Source: Mobula hypostoma (taxonomy: Eukaryota). From it: 64,000 nt of DNA. The translations under genes were made by a program, and so were the position numbers. Positions 1-12,750 of the stretch are shown piece after piece. The notes under the pieces were generated by a model that did no database searches, was not told the DNA's origin, and saw only the letters and a list, made by a program, of their open reading frames with translations. The DNA lies in assembly GCF_963921235.1 (NCBI RefSeq), contig NC_086097.1, forward strand, positions 36,706,001 to 36,770,000. The letters run 5' to 3'. Within the stretch, counting starts at the first letter, position 1. Each line of letters starts with the position of its first letter.

Positions 1-56
1 CTACCAGTGCTCCCTTGTAACAGGGAAGGGACGGAGTGTGCAAATGATTCAAAGGC

Positions 57-1085
57 AGAATCAGAATCAAGTTTAATATCACCAGCATATGTCATAAAAT
101 TTGTTGTTTTTTGCCATAGCAGTAATAAAAAAAATGAATTATAATAAGTATATAAGTTAAATTATAAGTAGAGCAAAAAAGTAGTGAGGTAGTGTTCATG
201 GGTTCAATGTCCATTCAGAAATTGGATGGCAAGGGGGAAAGAAGCTGTTCCTGAGCCATTAAGTGTGTGCCTTCAGGCTTCAGTAGCAATGGGAAGAGAG
301 CATGTTCTGGGTAATGGCGGTCCTTAATGAGGAATGCCACCTTTCTGAGGCATGGCTCCTTGAAGATATCCTAGATGTTATGGAGGCTGGTGCCCATGAT
401 AGAGCTGACTGAGTTCACAACTTTCTGCAACTCCTTTCGATCCTGTGCAGTAGACCCCAATCCCCCACCATATCGGATGGTGATACAGTCAGTTAGAATG
501 CTCTCCATGGTACATCTGTAGAAATTGCAATTGCCTTTGGTGACAAACCAAATCTCCTCAAAGTCCTAATGAAATATAGCCATTGTCATGCCCTCTTTGT
601 AGCTGCGATTCGTTGGGTCCAGGAGAGATCCTCAAAGATATTGACACACAAGAACATGAAATGGCTCACTCTTTCCACCTCTGATCTCTCTGTGAGGACT
701 GGTATGTGATCCCTGATCTTACACTTTCTGAAGTCCACAGTCAATTCTTTGGTCTTACTGACATTGAGTGTCAGGTTGTTGCCGTGACACCACTCCACTT
801 GCTGGTATACCTCATGCCTTCATGTCACCCTCTGAAAGTCCGCCAGCAATATTTGTATTTAAAGCAAATTTATAGATGGCATTTGAACTGAGCCTAGTCA
901 TGGGTGTGGAGAGAGTAGAGCAGCGGGTTAAATACACATTCTTGAGGCGTGCCAATGTTGATGGTCAGCGAGGTGGAGCTGTTTCTTACTATCCACACTG
1001 ATTGTGATCTTCTGGTTAGGAAGTCGAGGATCCATTTGCAGGGGGAGGTACAAAGGCCCAGATTTTGGAGTCTTTCAATCAGGTG
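57..1085 (-). mobile_element. Rex1/Babar-type non-LTR retrotransposon 3' fragment (degenerate RT C-terminus, 3' UTR, (GATTCT)n tail)
   Basis: ORF 586-798 WCHGNNLTLNVSKTKELTVDFRK...VERVSHFMFLCVNIFEDLSWT resembles the Rex1/Babar RT C-terminus. The AGAATCAGAATC tail at ~57 recurs at ~14775, ~24225 and ~27740. Confidence 0.8.
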
Positions 1086-1859
1086 TCATTGGGAAACAAA
1101 TACTATGCATTATCACACTAGGGATCAATAAAATAGTAATTAAAAACCATTGAAAGAAAGCCCATTACAGATGTTATTTAACATGCGTTCTCAATAAAAA
1201 TCGTTAATGTTCTTTAAACACTTTATTAACCTTTTCTTTGTCCATTTTAATTATGACTGTTAGATTGTATTCAGTTTTCATCTCATTCTGAAAATCAGAA
1301 ATAAAATACATTTTCACTGATATCATCTACTTCTTAAACTCTCGGGAGAAATAAACCAGCTTCAGATGAAGCTGGAGCACATTACATGCTTATATTAAGT
1401 ATTAATTTGAAAGCAGTCTTATCTAACTCTCTGTAGAGAGCCTTATCTAACTAACTGTGGTAACTTCTCTTCAGTTCTTCATTCCTGATTTATGGTGTGG
1501 TGGTCTTTTATTGGCTTAAGCACACTTTTAAACTCAGATCTCATGCAATCATGCTGTAATTTTAAAGAATGCTTTAGCTGTAATTTCATTCGTACACAAT
1601 GTTGATACTCAGTATGCTGTTGATATTCAGTACGCGGTACTGAAATATGATAGATACGTATCAGTCCAGTTCACCAAGTTTAGAGGAAATATGAACAAAA
1701 TATAGTATATGGAATCTCAGGGTGGTATATGGTGACATATAAATACTTTGATAATAAATTCTAAAAAAGATCTGAAAATCTATTCTACATGTTCATTAAG
1801 TTGATGGACTGACATGAATTGATGGGCTTCATATTCATATTTCTAACAAGTCTATGCCA

Positions 1860-2160
1860 GCTTTCAGAGCAAATCCATCAACTCCCCCACTTATTTCTCC
1901 TTAACCCATTCTCTCACACTCATCCATCAACTTCATCCTGATTTACCCGCCAGCCACATACACTCAGGGTAATTTACACTGACAAATTAGTCCACATATA
2001 TTTGTGATAAAAATGGAAAACTGGAGCCCCCCAGGGGAAATCCACAATGCCACAGGGAGAATGTGAATGTGCAAGCTTCACATGGACAGCACTGAATGCC
2101 AGGATTGAACCTGATTACTGGAACACTGAGGCAGCAACACTGCCTGTGTATAACTGTAAC
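1860..2160 (-). mobile_element. Degenerate tRNA-derived SINE (V-SINE/HE1-like)
   Basis: B-box-like GGATTGAACC on + at ~2102; the core resembles the copies at ~30960 and ~59410. Confidence 0.5.
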
Positions 2161-2272
2161 CGCGTGAAGATGACAGTCCTGATGTTCCACTTCACAGGGG
2201 GAAATACAGTATTAGCAATTCACCAGAAGCAACACAAATCTCATTTATTTTATCACAAGTACTTCAGTTGTA

Positions 2273-2670
2273 CTGTACTATGCAAAAGTCTGAAGCAGTC
2301 TAGATTTTCATGTGGTTTCTGATGGCATGGCCTCAGCAGAGCCCTGACCTCAACATCATCAAAGCTGTCTGGGATCACCTGGAGAGACAGAAGCAGGCGA
2401 GACAGTCAACATCTGAAGAACTGTGGCAAGTTCTCCAAGACACTTGGAAAAACCTACCAGCCGATTTTCTGATAAAACTGAATGACAGTGTACCTAAGAG
2501 AATCGATGCAGTTTTATAGACAAAGGGTGGTCACACCAAATATTGATTTAGTTTAATTTTTTTTTACAGTTTACTGCTCTTTACAGTATTTATATCGAGA
2601 ATTTTTCATTTCATTATTTTTGAAAGCTCCTTTACTTTACAGATTTTTATTTTACTTTTGGACAGTATTG
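2273..2670 (+). mobile_element. Internally deleted Tc1/mariner element retaining the transposase C-terminus
   Basis: TA|CTGTACTATGCAAAAGT ... ACTTTTGGACAGTATTG|TA gives imperfect TIRs with TA TSDs. ORF 2310-2519 WPQQSPDLNIIKAVWDHL is the Tc1 SPDLNPIE motif (E replaced by K), followed by KGGHTKY. Confidence 0.9.
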
Positions 2671-3037
2671 TATATCTTCTGCTTACAAGATAATAAATTG
2701 CTGGGAAGCTGGCATGTTTTGTGCCTCTGGCTCCCTGTATATATGTACATTGCATGAGGTATTTGTGATTGTGACTGCAATAAATAAAGATTTGATTTTT
2801 TTGATAACCTATGTCTGGCTTTGATTATAGATTTTCTATAATCATCGACGCTGCATTCAGCGCTGCATTTATTAAATTTCAACTCAAATCTTGATTCAAT
2901 AATATAATAATAACAATAATAAAATGAAAAGTGTAGTTCAGCTGTGTTTTTATTGGCTAGTACATTTTTTTAAAATTACATTTGGACTCATTAATGGACT
3001 CAATAGCTGACCTAAAAGCTGAGAGGTGCACTGTGGC

Positions 3038-3176
3038 CATCTGGCTGTGATCAATAACATACTCAGTCTGAATTTACTGACCTTTGACCTCAGCACATGC
3101 CACATAGTGCAATGAATGTCTGACGTGCAAATGCATTGGTGTTCATGTTCCTCAGCACTACCACCTTAATCAATAA
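3038..3176. promoter_or_regulatory. Candidate enhancer: perfect DR1 nuclear-receptor site with Onecut-like and E-box motifs
   Basis: TGACCTTTGACCT at 3078-3090, CATCTG at 3038-3043, GATCAATAA at 3049-3057 and AATCAATAA at 3168-3176, in apparently non-repeat sequence. Motif match only. Confidence 0.3.
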
Positions 3177-4189
3177 ATTCCATAGTTTGAAATCTGACAA
3201 CATGGTGCATATGTTTTGGCTAGGTACCAGAGATTAATCTGTGCCTACCAACAGCACCGATCCATTTAAGGAGTAAGAAAATGGATGAACCAAATGGCGG
3301 AAAAAAAACAGCTGTAGTCACCTCAGTATCCAACACTCCAGTTCTCCATAAATTCTACACTTGCATGGAACCCAAAGCAAAATAAAATTTGCATATTTTT
3401 GATCGAGAAGGATATCAAAGTATGTCACACTTTAAACCTCATATAAATAGATGCATTCTACACCCTGTCATCATATCTATGTGAAAGTGTGGGGTGAGTG
3501 TCTAATTATCATAATAAGCACTATCACATAAAGTAGGCATTGCATCATAAATGCTAACAATTTCCAACAACAGTTAATATATCTCAGAAATACTTCTTTA
3601 GCTTTGCAACTGTCCTCATATTTTGAAAGTCGCTCTATAATTGCAATTTTTTTCTTATGAATATTCGAGAAAACTTACTAGCCAGCCACCAAATTTCATT
3701 TGCTATAAATCTGCAATATGACTAAATATTCAAACTTCTGAAACAATTCTGTCAAATTGGTCCAAAAAGTCCATCTTAATATTTGTGAGACATACTAAAA
3801 AAATTAACATATTTCATTCATGAAGTACCTTCTAATGTGGGAAGATCAGAATGCTAAATCCATTACAAGGATGAATAAAAGACAATAGTTTTACTTTTGA
3901 GCATAGAGACTGATCCAGCCTATTTTAGTTCCTTTGCTGTATTTATGTTTCTCTGCTTGACATAAAATACAGAGAAACATTTAAATATTTAGTTGTGCAT
4001 ACCTAACGTTCATGCCGAACTAGAGTGCACACAAAATACAGCTACATATCAAACACAGTCTAAGATGGATGGTAGAAGCTATACAAAAAGCAAGTGTAAC
4101 AAATAGCTAACCTGAGTGCGGATGCCAAGAAACAGAAAGTGATGCAATAACATGGCTGGGGGTACATTTCCCAGCGATTTCAAATGATC

Positions 4190-5180
4190 ATGCATAATGC
4201 ATTTTACTGCCGTTGAGTGAAACCTCTTCTAATGCTCTCTATATAGAGGTTAATATTACTAACTCATTAACCCATTGCACAGTTTGGATGTTTAAACGTT
4301 AATGTTCCACGTGAAGGGGCTGGCTTTGCATTTTAGTTCCTAACATTGTCATTTGAGACTTTCCATTCAAATTCTTGGATGGACCACAAATTAATATTTC
4401 AACGAACGCAATTATCCTTGAAGGCAACCACAAAACTCTGTGCCTTCATCACTGAGGTACTCTCCTTCTTGTCCAGTGGTTTAAACTGAACTTGTCTGTT
4501 CGGAACCTTAGCAGGGTTGCTGAACACTTTCACATACCATCAGAAAAACATCCACTTTCAACTCATCTGCACCTGAGTTCAGACCATCTGCCGCTGACAG
4601 TCATTTATGCCTTTTCACCCACAGAGGTGGCTTTTCTAAACTCACTTAATACACACCAATGCATCCAAGCCACTGCTGCCCAAATCCTATTCCAGAGTAA
4701 GAACTGCCTGAACATTACCAATATCTCACTTGCACTGGTTCCCAGGACACCAATTTCCACAACTAACATCAGAGACAATAATCCTGATTCTGAATATTAT
4801 AACAATCAAATTGTCAGCCCCAATATCACCTTCAGGAGTGTCAGGCAGACTCATTTAGAGAACGACAACCTAGGAGGCAATACAGTCCACCATGCTGTGT
4901 ATGCTAAGAGTTTTCCAGCAGAAGGGAATTAAGAAAGAGAAAACAAACTCCCAGCCACATTAAAGGATCTGGCCTGCTTTGAAGTAACATTGATAAAAGG
5001 AGTATGAAGCATTACGATTGAACATACACATGGATATCAAAGTTAACATATCTCAAAATGCTAGAGTGATTCCATATGTGCAGTCTGAAGTCAATCCTTG
5101 GCCTCCATTGGCAAGTCCGAGTTGTAAATTTAAAAGTCCTTGAGAGGGCAGGGACAATGAGTGTTGAAGCCATGTCCTTA
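4190..5180 (+). mobile_element. Ancient RTE-clade LINE remnant
   Basis: HMCSLKSILGLHWQVRVVNLKVLERAGTMSVEAM (~5073-5175) resembles the RTE C-terminal motif CLRxILGIxWQDRVxNxEVLERA. LTVIYAFSPT (~4595) resembles the APE TIISAYAPT motif. Confidence 0.65.
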
Positions 5181-5837
5181 TTGTGGACATCTACATCACT
5201 CACAACTTGGACTCAGCAGCCACCTATGAACACACAACAGAACTGCACAATCTATCACCGTTGGTTACGACAATCAATCATCTTATGAAAACAAGATTCT
5301 TAATTTGAAAACATTCTTAATTTTATTATAATTTTCTTTTCCTTCGTTTGATCACCCTGATACACACAAATGTGTCATAAATAGCTGCACACATAACCTC
5401 TTAACAGGCTAATGACTTCTTGCAAACAAACTATAGTAAGTTTTGGCAACATGGTCTTTAACTCTATGTAGGGAACTGTCCAGGCATTTTAGCTTAAAGA
5501 TAGAATAAAGGTTAGGAATTCAGTAAGAAGGATTCACAGTGTACTCTACATGAACTTTCATCATACAATTAAATGTTTTTGTTATGACTTACTGTATGGT
5601 CAACTCTGCACTTCAGTTAATATGTTTGTGTATCATGTTCAAGCGTATTCCTGAATATCTGAAACAGTTTGATGAATACTCTCTTTTCAATCTTCAGGAA
5701 AAAAACAACTAAAACACAAAAGGTCATTTCTTTCACCAGTACTACAGAGCATCACTGAAAAATGCCCTAGAGAAAGTCAACATCCTACCTGCACTCAGCT
5801 ACAAAAGCACTGCCGTCATTCAGCATCTGGAGATTTA

Positions 5838-6346
5838 CAGACACCCCAACCTGCAAAAACTCATTTCAGGGAGGTAGCTCCATCAATTTGCGGGAGACTC
5901 CCGGAACTTCCGGGAGAGGTGGGATGTCTGCAATAGAGTAGCTCCTGAGCAGCTAGCCAGCTAGCTTAAATAACGTTAGTTATACTAATGAACGAATGAC
6001 ACCTGTTAAACTCACCTCAACATGTCTTTTACAGTCTTAACCCACCATGGGCAATAGAAAAGTCACTGTTGCAAACAGTGCAGCGAGCAACACTGTCTAT
6101 TTTTGACCCCTATTAGGCAGGGGTACACTTTAGGGCAATCTGGGTTGACGTACGTTTTATATTTTCTTTTTTTGGAACCCTCTCCCTCTCCCTCTTCCCC
6201 CCTCCCCCTCTTCCTCTCTCATGGTCGCTCACGCGCGCTCTCAAAAAAATTGATTTCCATGACATTGTATATAATTTGCAGGCATCAGGGAGCCACTATT
6301 AATATGCGGGAGACTCCCGGAACTTCCAGGAAAGGTGGGATGTCTG
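5838..6346. mobile_element. 509-bp non-autonomous DNA transposon (MITE) with 6-bp TSD
   Basis: GATTTA at 5832-5837 and 6347-6352. Termini CAGACACCCCAAC and GGTGGGATGTCTG are imperfect inverted repeats. A 42-bp direct repeat lies at 5889-5930 and 6305-6346. Confidence 0.8.
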
Positions 6347-6827
6347 GATTTATACCGGAGGGGCTTGATGTGAAAGAGCTACCCAACAATTCCTTTAAGA
6401 ACCTGACCCGTCATTCCCTCCCATCTACATAGACACTGCACTGGGGGTGAAACCATGCAATTTCAACTTCCACTCTAGGCATTGCTTCATGGCCATGCAT
6501 TTTGAAGATTGTTCCTCACTGTTCTTTTTTGTTCCCATAAATGCTGTTGAGCTAAGCAGGTACTAAAAACAAATTAGAATGTGCAACCAAACTCCTAATA
6601 TCTATAAGAAGACATCACATTTATTTTGCTAGAGTGAAAAAAAAATGTGCAGTAAAAGGCAATGTATTTTCCATGTTACATCTCAGGTTCTGATTCACTG
6701 CTTCAGTCATAACTCCCACTAAAACAATAGTGCTCCCTCTTGATCTGAACTTCCAAGTCTCTTCCCAGTACTGTCATTAAAACAACTTTCTTAGAAGCTT
6801 AAGATATGTCATGTCATCAAATACTCC

Positions 6828-8000
6828 AAAGTTCAAAGTAAGTTTATTCTCAAAGTACATATACATCACCATATACAACCCAGAGATTCATTTTCCCGCA
6901 GGTATACGCAGTAAGTCCAATAACCATAATAGAATCAATGAAAGACTGCACCAGCAGGGAATACAACCAGTGTGCAAAAGGTTAACAAACTGTGTAAATA
7001 CAAAATGAAAGAAATAATAATAATAATAATAACAACAAATAAGCAATAAATTTCAAGAACATGAGATAAGGAGTCCCTAAAAGTGAGTCATAGGTTGTGG
7101 GAATATTTCCATAATGAGGCAAGTGAATTTGAGTGAAGTTATCCTCACTGGCTCAAAAGCCTGGTGGCTGAGGGGTGATAACTGTTCTGGTGGTGTGAGT
7201 CCTGAGGCTCCTGTACCTTCTTCCTGATGGCAGCAGTGAGAACCTGGGTGGTGGGGGTCGCTGATAATTGATGCTGCCTTCCTGCGACAATGCTCCATGT
7301 AGATGTCCTCAGTGGTGGGGAGGGCTTTACCTGTGATTGACTGGGCCACACCCACTATTTTTTGAAGGATTTTCCATTCAAGAGCATTGGTGTTTCCATA
7401 CCAGACTGTGGTGTAGCCAGTCAATATACTCTCCACCACACATCTGTAGAAGATTGTCAAAGTTGTGGATGTCGTGCCAAATCTTCACAGACTCCTAAGG
7501 AAGGGTGCTGCCATGCTTTCTCCATAATTGCACTTACATAGAAACATAGAAAATAGGTGCAGGAGTAGGCCATTCGGCCCTTCAAGCCTGCACCGTCATT
7601 CAGTATGATCATGGCTGATCATCCAACTCAAAACCCTGTACCTGCCTTCTCTCCATACCCCCTGATCCCTTTAGCCACAAGGGCCATATCTAACTCCCTC
7701 TTAAATATAGCCAATGAACTGGCCTCAACTGTTTCCTGTGGCAGAGAATTCCACAGATTCACCACTCTCTGTGTGAAGAAGTTTTTCCTCATGCTGAGCC
7801 CAGATGAAAAGCTAATACCAAGGAATTTAAATTTGCTGGCCTTCTCCACCTCTGATCCCCAAATGAGGACTGGCTCGTGGACCTCCTATTTTCTCCTCCT
7901 GAAGTCAACAATCATCTCCCTGGTCTTGCTGACATGGAGTAAGAGGCTGTTATTGTGGCACCACTCCACCAGATTTTCCATCCCCCTTCTATACTCTAAC
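6828..8000 (-). mobile_element. Rex1/Babar-type LINE 3' fragment interrupted by a CR1 3' end
   Basis: ORF 7077-7460 FYRCVVESILTGYTTVWYGN...RKAASIISDPHHPG. The sequence resumes after ~7790 with SKFKFLG. Confidence 0.85.
7538..7790 (-). mobile_element. CR1 LINE 3' end nested in the Rex1-type element
   Basis: MRKNFFTQRVVNLWNSLPQETVEASSLAIFKRELD (typical CR1 ORF2 end) plus a (TTTCTATG)n tail. Confidence 0.9.
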
Positions 8001-9230
8001 TAACTTCTACTATCATCAAAAAGTCTAGAATAATGAAGCCATGGATGAGTATTTCAGCAGCAGATCAGAAAGTACATTGAGCGGAATGGAACAATGTTGT
8101 GGATGTGAATACAGCAGATTTTACTAACGGTGCCTGTATGTGATTGTTAAGTCCTCCTGAGGATAAATTTGACCAAGCTTGAAGGCAATCTGATTCTGTC
8201 TCAGACATTTACTAGTGAGTCAATCAAAGCTTATAGTGGGGATGAAGATAATTACTGAAATCATTTCTTCTGTTCTTTCCTTCATTTTGCATCCTTTTAC
8301 TGCATACTGCTATAGATTCCAGTGCCCTGACAGCAAATGGACTGGGATGTTGCTCTTTAATTGGCCACTTGGAAACATCCAGCAACAACAAGCCAATGTT
8401 AATTCAGTCACCATTTCTGCCTTTGCTTCGTTAAAGCTGCCTACTGGGGCTGAGAGGATCAGCCATGCTGAAATGGCAGAGCAGACTCGATGGGCTAAAT
8501 GGCCTAATTTTGCTCCTATATTTTATGGTCTTATGGTCTAAAATATGCATCTGAGACTGGTAACTCATAGGAATGGGAAATTCAGCACCGTCTCCTGCAT
8601 GGAAGCATTTTGCTGACTTCTGCATGCGGAGACAGATACCTTCCAGTGCAGGACAATGTTTTCAGCTTGGGGTAACTTCCATTCATTGTAAAGCATTTCT
8701 ACCATTTCCTGCTATCGCAGTTTGGTGCTGTTTACAGTATTTTTAGATCTTCTTCCCCTAGTTAACAGAATTAACTGCCCTTTAGATTAGATATATTTTT
8801 GTTTCCTCAAACACCGATAATGTGAAATTTTGTTTTGGGGTGATTAATCTAGACAGCCTAGATCTCTAGCAGTCCCTGATACGCATTTGTCTAAAGATGC
8901 ATAAAGGTGTAAAATATATGAAAGTGAAAATTGTCTTTATCCGGTAAAGTGTTTTTGTGTGAAACAATCCCCTAATTCCTACAGGCTGATGAGCTGACTT
9001 CATTATGTATGCATTACTTAAATGGGGTGGGACTTCATCTGAGGAAGCACAGATGTAATCTTTGCTGATATCTGTGGCCGTGTTGGCTACTCACCCTTGA
9101 CCAATTAGAATAATACATTAGAAGCTTTGATCAGGAAATATCAAAAAACTGAAGTAATAACATGCTGAATCCAATTTATGTTCTATAATAAAAAATGAAC
9201 TCCACATAAATTTTTGTCGTGTTCCTCCAG

Positions 9231-9235
<5 letters not shown>

Positions 9236-9269
<34 letters not shown>
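9236..9269. repeat. (TG)n microsatellite expanded from a Penelope-family terminal fragment
   Basis: GTTCCTCCAGCATTTTG followed directly by a (TG)n run. Confidence 0.9.
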
Positions 9270-9270
<1 letters not shown>

Positions 9271-10944
9271 CACATAAACTAATTTACCTCTTTAGATAAC
9301 ACAAACATTTTGTAAATTGTTTTTTTTTAATTCCAGTGACCAATCCCTAAAGGCATTAACATTTATTTGTGATGAGTTGGGTCCTAAAGTGGCATTTGGA
9401 GCCAGTTTAGTAGGATTAGGATTGCGGATTTTATTTTCAGGAGCAACTTTTAATTGGAGTTTTAATCAAATGTATAATTTCCAGAGAATGTAGATCGCTA
9501 AACCAATAGCACTTTTGCAAATGCAGTCCACCACTCTCGGTAGAAAGTTACATATAATAGCTTTAAGACAGTCTAGTTTGCATGTTTCAGTGTATCAATT
9601 ATATTTTGTTTGATCTCTTAATGCCCCCAACACATGTACTTTTTGCTTGCGGCTTTCATTCTATCTCTTGCAATTCTGGTATTCCTTCTGTTTGAAGGCA
9701 AGATCATCCTTACCTAATCCTTCGATTTGATTTCGTTCATTGTTTTAATGGCCTCCTCCATTATGGCCCTTTATCTTGCCTCCTTTTTGGCCTGTCATCT
9801 TCCTGCAGACATATGCCCTGCAATACTATTCTTCCAACTCAAGTTTTCCTTCTCCTTTCTTTGGTTGTTGATTGCTGAACCACCTCAGATCCATGTTAGA
9901 ATATAGTTTCTTTTGTCAGTCCCACCTTGATGCTACTCTGTGGACCTGACTTTAAATTAGAGATCACAGCAAAGGGTCTCATTATCAGTCCACGCACTCT
10001 GCTTCCCATGTCCAGACACTATTCACTCCATTAATTAGAACAGGTGGAACCCCAAGTTTCCAAAATCCAAATTAGAAACATCCATACATATAAAAGAGTT
10101 CCCCCTGCCTTCTTAGTCCAGAATCAACTACCTATTCATTTCCATGGTTACTGCCTATCCTGTAGAGTTCCTCCAGCATTTTGTATGTGTTGCTTCTCGT
10201 AAATAATGTTCAATTCAATTGAAAAACGGTCTTCGAAAAAAAAATCTGTGTTTTTATATAATCAGTAATCAGATACCATTGTCTCTGAAGAATACAGCCC
10301 GAAAGTTTCATGGTGAGAGGCCACTTAAGAGAATTGATTTGGAAATTGACAGGCCATTGCTTCTATTGATAATTGTGCAATGATACTCTTAATAAAAATA
10401 CAACATTGACCGATACTTTCAGCCCACTGAAACAAGCCATTGAATGTGTGATATTCTAATTATGTGCCATTGTAACCAGGCAGGGCGAGACAATAAATAA
10501 ATTTTCACGTTAATTCGTCCTTATCAAATAGCTTCATTTTGATACTGTGAGGGTACTGTAAGCATTTGCGTATTTTCTGACATATGGACAAAGTAGACCT
10601 AATTAATGTCTTTTAAAAAGGAATCCTTTTGTAAACTAGGGATGGCCTGGACTAAATAGAAATAACTCTCGGAAAAGGATAATACCACACTTCCGATCAC
10701 TTATACCCTTTTGCCTGGACCATCAATCTGTGTCTGAAACAAAATATCAAACTTACTTTGAATATTATGTTTCCTTAAGTATTTTGCAATTTCAATCAAA
10801 TTCCACCATGCCAAGATATTTAAAGTTATTACTGAAAACATCCAACTAATCTCCCACGTACCTTACTATTTACTATCACCTCTGAGAGTTTGTTCCGGTT
10901 GTTACATTGATCACACCAACTAGTTTGAATTTGTAATATGCGAA

Positions 10945-11125
10945 GAAAAGAGATAGAGGAAAGACAGCAGAATAAGAAAGGAAGCAGAAGTGTGGGGGTG
11001 GCCTGGAAAGAAAACTAGACAGACAGTCAGAGGCAGAGACAGAGGGACAGACAGACAGATAGATAGAGGGAGAGAGAGACACACAGAGGAAGAGAGAGCA
11101 AGAGGCAGAAAAAGAGAGACTAGAA
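10945..11125. repeat. Purine-rich low-complexity tract (GA/GACA/GATA)
   Basis: Directly visible; it accounts for the Ser/Leu-rich antisense ORFs. Confidence 0.85.
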
Positions 11126-11419
11126 GCATCAATGAGTTATGAAATGTGAATATCCTGGTAAATTAATGAGGATTCAATAATTCAAAGTTTTCTTTGTGGC
11201 ATGTATCAGAGAAACTAACTTGCACAGTTCCCTCTTGACAAATTAAGTGATATAACAAGGGCCTTTCCCCCTTTCATTGTGTAACAGACAAGCATATTAA
11301 CTCACACTTAATAAAAAAGAGAGCCTTGCGTTTACATGGCATCTTTCACAATCTTTACAACCAGTGACTTTACAACCTGCACTATTGTTGGCCATTTTCA
11401 AATGCCTCAGCATCCCATC

Positions 11420-12750
11420 CATCATAAGGTCAGGAGTGGGGTCATGCAATTATTACAAATGTTCAACTCCATGTTCTCAAGCTGAAGTCATACATGCATG
11501 CATACAGAAAGACCCAGACAACATTCAGGCTTTCATGGTAAGTGGGAAAGAGTATTCTTGCTACACAAGGCTATCTCCAACAAAAGAGAATCCAGTCAAC
11601 TACCCTACACATCAAATGACACTACTACAACTGAGATCCCCACCAATATCACCTCGGGAGTCTCCACACACCAGAGCTTTTAACTGGAGCACCCATATAA
11701 ATACTCGGCAACAACAGCAGCTCATATCTGGGTATCATATGGCAATTAATTCACTTCATGTCTCCCCAGTTCCATCATCTACAAGGCACATCCAGACAAC
11801 AAACAAGAGAAAATCTGCAGATGCTGGAAATCCAAGCAACACACACAAAATGCTGGAGGAACTCAGCAGGCCAGGCAACATCTATAGAAAAGAATACACA
11901 GTCACCATTTTGGGCCGAGACCCTTCATCAGGACTAGTCAAAAAGGCGATGAGAAGCCAGAGCAAGAAGGTGCAGGGATGGGAGGAAGAAGTACAAGAAG
12001 TGATAGATGAAACCAGGATGAGGGGAAAGGGTGAAGTAAAGAGCTGGAAAATTGATTGGAGAAAGAAACAGAGGCCTGGAGAATGGGGAATCTGATAGGA
12101 GAGGACAGAAGGACAAGGGAGAAAGAGAAGGGGGAGGAGAACCAGAGGGAGGTGATGGGCAGGTAAGGAGATAAGGTGAGAGAGGCAAATAGGGAATGAG
12201 AAGGAGAGGTGGGGGGGGGGGGTTGCAATTACCAGAAGTTTGAGAAATTGATGTTCACATCAGTTCACATCAGGAGTACGGTGGATTTCCCTCTGCTTGC
12301 ATTAGAACTCAACTTCAGGAATGTGAATAAAATAAAGTGATTTGAACAAAGCAGCAGCTTGACTGGCACCCAGCCACGACCCAAAATTAATCTGTTGCAT
12401 CTCCAGAGCTGCAGTGTGTGTCATCTACTGTCAGCATAGCAGGGGCCCACCCTGATACACAGGGAACACCTCACAAGTCACAGCCCCTGTACCACAAAGG
12501 CCAAGAGCAGCAGACAAAGGGGAATGCCATCACCTGTAGATTTCCCCTCACACTGCACACCATCCTCACTTAGAAATATATCACCGGTCTCTCATTATGG
12601 CTGGGTCTAAATCCTGGAGCTCCATGCCCAACCTGACACTAACTAGAGCGGCTCAGGAAAGGAGCTAGACAACACCTTCTTAAGATCACCTGAGGATTAG
12701 CAATAAATGTTCATCGTCCTAGTGATGCACCCATTCTGTAAAAAATGACA
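11420..12750 (+). mobile_element. Old CR1/L2-group LINE 3' region interrupted by a Penelope-like fragment
   Basis: CIQKDPDNIQA...NWSTHINT resembles RT LQxDLDxIxxW...WxxHI. The 3' part after ~12270 matches a second copy at ~47125-47410. Confidence 0.65.
11797..12270 (-). mobile_element. Penelope-like element terminal region (pLTR) with decayed hammerhead motif
   Basis: Same family as 39450-40230 and 40465-40725. Reads CTGATGAAGGGTCTCGGCCCAAAATG, i.e. the GAAA core is mutated. Confidence 0.8.

Noticed and set aside
1600..1650. 18-bp tandem duplication with a short inverted copy
   Set aside because: Too short; consistent with replication slippage.
5889..6346. Palindromic direct repeats superficially like CRISPR repeats
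   Set aside because: Only two copies ~415 bp apart, in a eukaryotic context with no cas genes; explained as MITE ends.
9714..9802. Exon-like segment with a TAG|gtaagg donor
   Set aside because: Stops in all three frames; shows that good splice-like signals occur by chance here.
11364..12095. Longest ORF (243 aa)
   Set aside because: Chance read-through of a decayed LINE into an antisense Penelope pLTR; not a coherent protein.
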